From: Azolla caroliniana
Lineage: Eukaryota; Plantae; Polypodiophyta
Direction: 5' to 3'
Assembly: GCA_043228905.1 (NCBI GenBank)
Contig: JBHGNT010000014.1
Location: forward strand, 7,006,001 to 7,070,000
DNA length: 64,000 nt
Both the position numbers and the translations under genes were made by a program. The notes under the pieces are model-generated. The model ran no database searches, was not told the origin of the DNA, and worked only from the letters and a program-made list of their open reading frames with translations. This document shows, piece after piece, positions 38,787-47,684 of this stretch (the stretch's first letter is position 1; each line of letters begins with the position of its first letter).

Positions 38787-40086
38787 CTGCTCACACTTCG
38801 CTCTCTCGGCTGAAAACATAAAATGAGCAACAACATAAAACTGTTTGCCCTAAGTCATATTTATACATATATGACTTTCGGGCTATTTACAAATATAGCC
38901 TCAAGGGCTCTTAGCAAACATATTCACAAATATGTCCCCGCATCCGGATCTCTCTCCGGGTACATTCATCATCCGGCTCCGTAGCCGGGGTTCTTCAGCA
39001 TCCGGCTTCATGCCGGGTACTCTTCATCATCCGGATCCGCATCCGGGTACTCGTCATCCGGCTTCATGCCGGGTACTCTTCATCATCCGGATCCGCATCC
39101 GGGTACTCGTCATCCGGCTTCATGCCGGGTACTCTTCATCATCCGGTTCCGTAACCGCAACCGGGCTTGCCGTCATTCATCTCCGGACATCCCATCCGGA
39201 GGGACCGTAATCCCAACATCTACTTGAGAAACAAGCACTGACAGGGAAGCTGGTTAGATAGATGTTGTTGCTCCAGGAGTTCGATTTCGCAATTCAACAT
39301 CAGTTGGGCACAAAGCATGTTGTAGCTGATTCCTTAAGCAGAGTGGATAATGGCGATAATGTGGTGAGGGACGATGATGACTTTCCTGACGCTGATATTC
39401 TAAGGATCATGACTATGGCATCGCAGGCAAAAACGAATTTTTCGGATCGTTGGCTGGTGGAAATGACGTACTTTTTTACCACGACACCACCACCTCCATA
39501 GCTAAGGACGGATGAAAGGAAACGCCTGGCTGTCCGCAATCGTAACCTTTTCCTGGTCGAAGGAGTTCTTTACCACAAGGGCAACGATGGGATCTGGTGA
39601 CGCGGGATACGCCAAGATGAAAAGGAAGTCGTTATGTGCGAAGCTCATTTCGGTACGGCGGGGGGCCATTACCCGGGCGATGTTACGGCCCGAAAAATAT
39701 GCCAAGCAAGTCTATGAACATGTTCGCGTTCACAAGTGGAAGGATCACGCATAAATGGAAGGATAAGGAAAATTTTGGTTGATTTTAGGGCTTTTTCAAT
39801 GATTTTACAAAACACATTGATACCAGTATCATACATGTTCAAACATACTATGAAAAAGGTTAAAAATCCACTATTTTCGTGATTTAGAAGTAACTAAAAA
39901 AAGAGGAATTTCAAAAAGTTACATTCTCAATTTATATCACAAACTTTACAACCAATGTTATTTTATAAGAAACGATTTTTTAGAAATCATAAGAATTCAA
40001 AACACATGCTTTTATATTACCCGATTTGTTACAAGTGGAATGTACTTACACTTAATTTAGCCAAAAATACATTCATGATCATTCCT

Positions 40087-42874
40087 TTACGGAGAATCAC
40101 CACTATAACTAATATACAATGACGATTCCTCCTCATCCTCCTCAAATGTACCAATCAGTGCATTATCTTGGTCATAAACCAAATGGTTTGACTCTAGATT
40201 ATATGTAGCAGATCTCGTTTGCCTTTGACTCAAGCCACCTTGTAGACCTGGTAATTTTTCTTTTATTATATCTATTGTTGACTTCCTTAATCGTCCGGCT
40301 TCTGTAAGTGTGAAGTCGTACACGATGATATCCACATCAGAGATATCAAGGGTAGAGGTGTTATGAATGTTTCGCTTCCTCTTCCTACCTCCCCTTCTTG
40401 TTGGGCATTCAATCATCTCCAATGTATACTTACCTATAAAAGCATTTGCACTTCTAGTGTTGTACCAATGAACGTTTATAGACTTGATAGTGTTTTCTAT
40501 TTCACGCATTAGCACTTCTAGAATTTTACCAACCCAAAATTGGTGGCCATGTGAATTCTCATCAACCGGCGTTGCAATCAACATCCCCGCCGTGAGCTCT
40601 TGTAAATTGCCTTGCCATCTAGCTTCGGCTGCTTTGGTCATCCTTGGTCCTACATAAATGTCTCTTTGTTGTGGATGGACCAAATTGTCATTAATCGCAT
40701 TTGTTGGTTGCTCCGGAGTTCTATTTACACGATCGTGTTGCAGCGACCATGTGAATGGCTTTTCCAAATTCCAATTATCACCAAATACACAATTGTCTAT
40801 AATTCCTTTCTTATCACTATAAAATACATCCCAGCATGACGTGTCTTGTTGTGCGGCATATTTCTTGGCGGCCTCAATATGCTTTCTTTTTTCTTCTAAG
40901 GCTTGGAGCCATAACCGTTTTTGTTTCGATACCAAGTCACTGTGCAATTGTCCTTTCTTCTCAATTAGCATTTGCTTAGCTCCAGGGACAATTGTACTCG
41001 GCATACAAAGTAATACTTGGCAACCACCTTCAGGTTCCCATGTTGTAGAAGATGAATATTGTTTAGCATAAAAAAGTGTAGAACCACTTATTTCATTTTT
41101 CTTTATCATAAAAATGTGATTGAAGCTTATATTGTTTAACTGGGCAAGCACTTTAACATTCCCAACACCCCCCTCTAATATATATCTCTTAAAGTCATAT
41201 ACCTCCTTCAAGTGTAACACTTTTGGGCATGGTGTATATGCATCACAAATGACATCAAATAGTTTAGGTAATGTGAAAGCATCATGCCGAGACAACTGTC
41301 TAGAGAATGTGCTAAACATCTTATCTATATGATCATGTGTGTGGCCAACCAAAAGAAAATTGACTTTCACTTTCCTAAACAATCCTTGGTTGACCAACAT
41401 ACTTAGATAGCCAAACACAGTTGAATTTTTGTTCTCTCTAGCAGTATTGTCCAATTGAATGTATAGAGCAGGGAGGAAAGGTTGGCCCCAAGACATCAAA
41501 ACTCGGTGAATCACTGTAACTGTTAGGTTAGGGTCATTGTGAACATTGGGGTATGTAATGAAGATGTGAGGTCTAACAGACCTATTATAAACCAAGCATC
41601 CCACCAAGTGCATTTGAACAAGGCACTCATCATTGACGTCTTTGGGGAGCCTCCGCATATGCGGCAAGCACATCTTCTTCTGGTCCATGCCATCTATCAT
41701 TAAGCACATGCATTGTTCGGGCCTCTTCAAACACATCTCTCTATGATGCATCGCCTTCTTTCGTTCTAATGATTGTGCCTCACAATGCTCTTGTAGTAAC
41801 TTCTTACTCATATCCTTTTGCATTGATGTCTTTGCACCTTTAGCCAAACTTTTAAGATTTGCACAAATGGAGCAATACCCCATGCGTACTTTACGTGGAA
41901 TGATAACATTTGAAAACCGAGCTCTCCATAATCTTGTGAATTGGCTATATGTGACAGACTTATTATGTGAGCCCACCATATCAGATCGATAGACATCATA
42001 AACTTCCCGACGTGTGTAATTATCAGAAAGGTGCATCCTACCTGTGGTGGGCATTACTTCACAATTTAACTGAAAGTAAGTTTTCATCCAACCAATAACA
42101 TGTCTTCCAATTGCACCTTTCATACTTGGAACCTCTTTACAATTGAGCATTTGATCCCCGCTAAGTAGACGTTGTTGTACTCTATGTAGCCGCATGTTAC
42201 TAACACATAACGCAATTTTGAATGCAACTCTACATATCTGTTGTGCATGGAAGATATAATACTCGAATGATACTTTGATCCCCGTACATTTTTCAAACAC
42301 TAGTTGTATATGTGACCCTAGGTAAGTGTCTTGCTCATCACCAGTCATCGAAAAATAGTATTGCCTTAATTCTCGCAACTTTGATTTTCCAATCATAGAC
42401 ATACAACCACGAGCACAACATATTTTTTTGACATCAAATCCAATATGTTTATCTGATGTCACCAAGTTAAATCTAGCCAGACGAATTCTTCGTGGAATTC
42501 TTCTAATATGCATAGGGCTTCCAGATTTCTCTTCCTGCATAGAAGTTGGTGTTAACCTTGTTACTATCCAATTCTTTGTTGTGACCATCGCCCATGATAT
42601 TCGATGTTTCATTGGCACTACCTTCATTCTCCGTATCTTTATTAATATTGTATTCTTCAATAGAGAACTCTTCACATGTGTCATTATTCACATTCGTTGT
42701 AGGTGAAGATGAGCTCAGACAATACTCTTCAATAGAATATGGTGAGTCTGTCAACAGACAATATTCTTCAATAGAAAATGGTGAGTTTGTCAACAAACAA
42801 TATTCTTCGGTAGAAAATGAAGAGTCTGATGGCAAACAATATTCTTCAATCGAGAACGATGAATCTTCACTCAT
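40087..42874 (-). CDS. Putative DDD transposase (Sola/DUF7869-like). True start probably ATG 42874, with one frameshift near 42550
   Basis: 865-aa ORF with MIDGMDQ, QLDNTARENKN and FLLVGHTHDHID acidic motifs plus CSIC..H; lies within the TIRs. The upstream overlapping ORF 42503..42874 supplies a Met start. Confidence 0.8.
42716..42866 (-). repeat. 39-bp coding tandem repeat (DSxFSIEEYCL, about 4 copies) at the transposase N-terminus
   Basis: Visible in ORF 42503..42874; the + strand shows recurring ACAATATTCTTCAATAGAA. Confidence 0.85.
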
Positions 42875-43193
42875 GGCTTAAGGTCTGGACAGAGCTCTTT
42901 AAGTTATGTGCTTAGGCTAAGGCAAAAAACTAATAAGCTCCTCTCTAAACATATACTCCTCTCTAACCTAAACTCCTCTCAAAACATAAACTCCTCTCTC
43001 TACAGAAGCTCCCTCAATATAATGTTTATATTATTTAACATTATATTAATACAATATATAAAAAATATTATTTTTAATATAGTAATTGTATTTAACATAT
43101 TAATAATTACTTAAACTAGTCTATATGAAGTTATATCAAGTATAATATAATTACAATCATTACCATGCCATATATATGTTGGATTAAAGTTAA

Positions 43194-43380
43194 AATCATT
43201 GGTTAATTAATGGCAACCATATTTAATATAGAACTTCTCAATCATTGGGTCATTAATGCCCACCATTTTAAATATAAGACTTTTCAATCATTGGTTCATT
43301 CATGCCCACATCTTTAATACAAAGCAATTAAGAGTCATAAAAATGTTGATTTTAGTAATCAATCATTGGCTCATTCATGA
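43194..43380. repeat. Degenerate ~46-bp repeats, each with an inverted CCAAT (AATCATTGG)
   Basis: ATCATTGG at about 43195, 43241, 43287 and 43362. Confidence 0.7.
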
Positions 43381-43592
43381 ACCTCTGTCATTGTTTCCTT
43401 CATGACCTTCAAAGTCATTGTAAGTTATTTTGACTATAAAATATTCATCAATATGTTAGTTTGACTTTGTAATCCTTAATGCAATCATAAGTTACTCAGG
43501 TTAATGTGACTATGGTTACTAATTAACTAACCTCACGTTTGCCAACCCTGGTTAAGCTGACTGTGGTTACTTTCACCACTATGGTCAATCCC

Positions 43593-43600
43593 TATAAATA
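43593..43600 (+). promoter_or_regulatory. Candidate TATA box for the rightward (methyltransferase) transcript
   Basis: CCTATAAATAGG followed by a leader and a consensus donor CAG|GTAAG at 43734. Confidence 0.5.
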
Positions 43601-43906
43601 GGAAGACCTCGTCATATTTCACTCACATGAAACACAAGAGCACACAGAGCACGAAGCACGATAGCGAGATCTCCGCCTAAAAATCGACAAATATCAACCA
43701 TTCTTCAAAGAAAATCGAGCGCTAGGACTCCAGGTAAGCCTCTGACACTGTGGACATTTTTGTAAATATGTTTTAGCATCAGGAACTCGATACACCGTTA
43801 GGGTTTGCCTTACGGATTTGCAAGGAGTGCGGGTCGGTATACCGCTCGAATACAGAGCATGTCCACTCTTGATAGCAATGGGCCCTCCCGAACCCATTAC
43901 TATCGT

Positions 43907-43976
43907 AGATGTAACCAAGACTTCCCGGGAGGTCACCCATCCCAGTACTGTTCTGGCTCAAGCACGCTTAACTTGC
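43907..43976 (-). ncRNA. 5S rRNA-derived fragment (3' half: A box, IE and C box of the Pol III internal promoter)
   Basis: Minus strand AGTTAAGCGTGCTTGAGCCAGAACAGTACTGGGATGGGTGACCTCCCGGGAAGTC matches the recalled angiosperm 5S at 49/55; the 5' half of 5S is not recognisable. Confidence 0.88.
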
Positions 43977-44025
43977 AATGCTTGAAGCATCCAGACAACC
44001 ACAAAACTCATGGCATGTATAAAAC

Positions 44026-44579
44026 CCTGTATAAAACACAAACAATATACATGAACTCGATACGACGTATCGAGTTCTTGTGTGATGTTTAGGTTTTATA
44101 CAGGAACTCAATACGACGTATCGAGTTCCTCTATTTTGTTTGCATTTTAAACATGCACTCGATACGCCGTATCGAGTTCCTGTATAATATGTGTGTTTTA
44201 TACAGGAACTCGATATGTTGTATCGAGTTCCTGTATTATGTTTGCGTTTTAAACAAGAACTCGATACGTCGTATCAAGTTCCTCTATTTTGCTTGCGTTT
44301 TAAATAGGAACTCGATACGTCGTATGGAGTTCCTGTATAATATGTGTGTTTTATACAAGAACTCGATACAACGTATCGAGTTCTTGTATTATGTTTGCGT
44401 TTTAAATAGGAACTCGATACGCCGTATCGAGTTCCTGTATAATGTTTGTGTTTTAAACAGGAACTCGATACGCCGTATCGAGTTCCTGTGTTATGTAACT
44501 CTTTTACAGAGGAACTCGATACCGCGTATCGAGCTCCTAGATTATGTTTGTGTTTTATACTTGAACTCGATACGGCGTA
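44026..44579. repeat. Array of 51-bp units, each with a 31-bp palindrome CAGGAACTCGATACG-N-CGTATCGAGTTCCTG
   Basis: GAACTC cores at 44053, 44104, 44155, 44206, 44257, 44308, 44359, 44410, 44461, 44512 and 44563 (last one truncated); orphan half-unit at 43780-43798. Confidence 0.95.
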
Positions 44580-46360
44580 AGGTTGACCCTCAACTAGAAT
44601 TAAAGTCACAAGCGGCGAAGAAAATTGACTTGACAATTGAAGAAGCGGTTGACAACATGAAGCTATCTCTGTGGAGAGCGATGCAAGGTATTAAGGATGA
44701 GCAACTTCTTGTGTTTGTTTTGTCAAGGGTTGTGGCCAAAGATTTAAGCCTTGAAGAAATGGTCACTGAGTTCAATAAGTAAGTCTTTCAAATACAGATA
44801 TTGATGTCTATATGGTGCAATTCAAAGTTCTAATCTCATTTTCTAATTTCACAGTCATAAGGTGTACATGAAGATCGAAGAAGTTATGATGAAACAACTT
44901 GGATGTATAACTTGGGAACAAGTGACCGAGGATTATCCTCTAATGTTTTCATATAAGGCGTTATCGGAGTATTTTATTGCATTCAAGGATTGGGTTAGTA
45001 TTGGTGGTTTTTCATTACGCTTTCATCATATGTAGAGTTTGTATAATAAAACTTGATGTCCTATTGCTTCTATTAGAAACCGTGTCGTGGCAAGAAACAA
45101 GGAGAAGTTTAGGATATACACGATTTTCCGACATCCTTCCTTGCACATCTCGAGAGAGCCAGAAAAGAAAAGGATCGTCACTTAGTCAAGGCGTACGAAA
45201 TGGAGGAAGATGGCTCCTTTAAAAAATTTAGCCACAAAAAAGATATTACGAGAGATCTTTACTACAATGTGGTTTGTGGCGATGTCGTTGACATGATCCA
45301 AAAGGTGCCAAAGAAGGAATATACACTAACGATTGCGGATATTCCTTACGGATTTCGAATGGCTGGGTCATCATACGATGATGAACTGTTTAGGTTTAAA
45401 CATTTGGAGAAGATGGTCAAGGATTTTGTTGAGCTAACAACTACATCCTTGTGGAGAATAGTTGTCTTTCATAGTAAGGACCAAGGGTACTCGGTAGCTC
45501 AAGCTTTGAGATCTCGTTGCCATGGCATCGAGAACATTGCATGGTAAGGATTATTTATAGGTTTCATTCACTATATTGCATTTCTTAAGATTGTTCAATT
45601 TATTCTTAACTCAATGTATTATTTTTTATAGGATAAAAACCAATGTAAATAGGGGGCTAACCGTTCAGTTCGTTAACGCCATTGAATACATCACGGTTGG
45701 CTACTTCGATGAAATTAAGAAACAAAGAATCAAGGAGCATTCTAATGAAGTGGGAGGTTCAAATCTGCTGGTATATCAAGCAGTGACACGGAAATTGTGA
45801 CATGTCGCCACGATAGAATGGGGACTTGTCAACCCATACCAAAAACTTCAACGACTTATGATGCGCTTGATTGAGATGTTTTCTATCGAAGGAGATTGGA
45901 TATTAGATCTCTTTTCTGGCACAGGTATTCCACGAACTAGGGTAACGATCTTGAGATAACCAATGCCGAATCTTTTTTGTTTGAGAACTAATTCTTCTTA
46001 TTACTTTCTTCACAAGAACGACGTTTGCATGTGCATTGAAGCTCTTTAGAAACACAATTGCATTGGAGAAGGACGAGGAGCAGGTTATATTTATAAACAT
46101 GAGGATTAAGGCATTGTGGGAATGCCCAGACCAAGACGAGGAGGTCGGTGCAAAGAACCTCGCCGATACAGAAAGGTTTCAACCTGCTTCGCGAGAGCCT
46201 ATTCCTCCATTAGCCGGGCGGGCTAGTAGAGCTTGATGATGAGCTTATAGAAGATATTTCATTGGCTCGGCTAACAAGGGAAGCCAATGCACGTATAGCC
46301 GAAGAGACTTCTACACAGGATGATGAAGAAAATAAAATTGATGAATTGATTGCTATGTAA
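44580..46360 (+). pseudogene. Spliced beta-class N6A/N4C DNA methyltransferase gene, 5'-truncated
   Basis: Exons ~44580-44778, 44855-44993, 45077-45543, 45632-45924 and 46016-~46360 join in frame. Motifs: GDVVDMI, IADIPYG (45338-45349), WIKTN, NPYQK, EGDWILDLFSGTGTT, RNTIALEKD. Stops at 45110 and 45798; last acceptor is AA rather than AG. Confidence 0.85.
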
Positions 46361-46770
46361 TAGACTCTATGAAGAAAATGACATTGACGATATGTTTGGA
46401 TTTCACATTATTAATACAAATTTTGGGTTTTACTTGGTGGATTCTATTTTTTATAATCTTCTTTACTTGGTTAGTAGACTTATGACATTGGTTCCACCGC
46501 GTGCATAGCTGACTACCAAATTTATGAAGAAACATGAATTAGTTTAAATTTAGGCTGATTTTGGTCCAAGTTTACCTTAACATGACATGGTTGTAGAATT
46601 GTTGTCATGACTGTCCATGTTGTTATTATGGACCTTTGTCTTCTATTGTTAAAACTATTATGTTTCTATTCCATTACTACTTAGATTGTGTAGTGTGTTG
46701 ATAATGGTTCCACTAGCGTTATCCGCATATTTTTATACGCTTGTAGTTCCACTAGTGTTATCGTTCGGAG

Positions 46771-47045
46771 TTTGATCCTGTGTGAATCACCTAAGCAATA
46801 GAGTAGATCAATTTTTAATACAAGTATGAAAGCCTTAATAGGTTTTTTATTTCCACCACATTATCCTAAAGTTCACTGTCTTACATTGTCCACAATTATA
46901 TACATATGGTTTGATCCCATACGAACAAATTGAGGAATAGATTAGATCAACTTTAAATAGAAGTATTGAATACTTTAATAAGTTAGTTATTCCAATCACA
47001 TTATCCTAAACTGCACTATCCTACATGGTCCACTATTATATACAT
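46771..47045. repeat. Two diverged ~140-bp direct repeats in the transposon's right arm
   Basis: TTTGATCC...TAGATCAA...CACATTATCCTAAA...GTCCAC.ATTATATACAT at about 46771 and 46910. Confidence 0.7.
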
Positions 47046-47684
47046 GCACATATGGGTCAAAGTATAAATTATAACTCATTTTATTAGTGTGGATACAAGT
47101 ACACCTCATATTTTTGTAAAACTTACCAAATTAATATAAGTCTTTACCTTAGTGTTTCCCATGTCGCACATTAGTGACATATTGAGCCATTGTTGAACTT
47201 TATTATGCCTACATTAACTTATCAACACGTCCAGACTTGCATGATTTCTAATGATCTCCACTCGTAGACCTATCATGTATTTTTATATTTGTAAATTCTA
47301 ATCAAGTTGTGGAACATGTGATACTAGTGCATCCAATTTTTGTAGAGAGGGTATATTTGGATAGTTTCAAGAAGATTCTACAAGTGGAATGCTCAATCCT
47401 TCCACTTGTGAACGCGAACGTGTTTATGGTGGCCAACTACATAGAAAGACGCGTATCAATACTATAGGCAATGTGATCTATGTCAACAGTTGGGGCAACC
47501 TACGGAGCTCGCATGGATGTCGCACCAACCGGTTCTTCCACTTGATCCATTCCAACAATGGGGTCTGGATTTTGTCGGTCCCTTTACGCCAGCAGCGGCG
47601 CGAACCGGCAATAAGTACATTCTCATAGCCACGGATTACTGCACAAAGTGGGTAGAAGCAAAAGCGTTATAATACGGCGGACAA

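Larger units (their letters stand above)
28283..39218 (-). mobile_element. Tnt1/Tork-like Copia element G (hosts H)
   Basis: LTRs 28283-29087 and 38472-39218; TSD TCTAC on both sides; reverse-complement Met PBS ending at 38468; PPT complement at 29088. Confidence 0.97.
39717..47424. mobile_element. 7708-bp TIR DNA transposon (Sola/DUF7869-like) with methyltransferase cargo
   Basis: TIRs 39717-39745 and 47396-47424 (AACA(T/C)GTTCGCGTTCACAAGTGGAAGGAT, 1 mismatch); TSD TATG at 39713-39716 and 47425-47428; excision restores Gypsy ASLWWPT. Confidence 0.93.
20099..47680 (+). mobile_element. Gypsy (non-chromovirus-like) gag end, PR, RT, RH and INT N-half, in four pieces (20099-20379, 26301-28282, 39219-39716, 47425-47680)
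   Basis: IIDGGSNVN protease; RVCVDYRKLN, LDGFSGYNQ and VFLDDF RT; LQEFDF..VADSLSR; WWPT..CDLCQ; WGLDFVGP. Frames are restored on removing each TSD-flanked insert. Confidence 0.9.

Noticed and set aside
29203-38821. Many plus-strand ORFs over G and H
   Set aside because: Antisense shadows of GC-rich gag-pol, or readings of LTR repeats.
40087-42684. Fanzor/TnpB or Helitron protein; start at 42684
   Set aside because: No RuvC or Rep/helicase motifs are recognisable, and TIR plus TSD indicate cut-and-paste. The first ~45 residues look like an off-frame reading of the acidic N-terminus.
43907-43976. Functional 5S rRNA gene or Cassandra TRIM
   Set aside because: The 5' half of 5S is absent and there is no tandem rDNA context; no paired LTRs, PBS or PPT flank it.
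44026-44579. CRISPR array
   Set aside because: Linkers are homologous or identical to each other, only 20 bp long, and no cas genes are present. It is a palindromic tandem repeat in a eukaryotic transposon.
44580-46360. Bacterial contamination or a restriction-modification operon
   Set aside because: The gene has spliceosomal introns and lies inside a TSD-flanked element within plant retrotransposons; no nuclease partner is seen.
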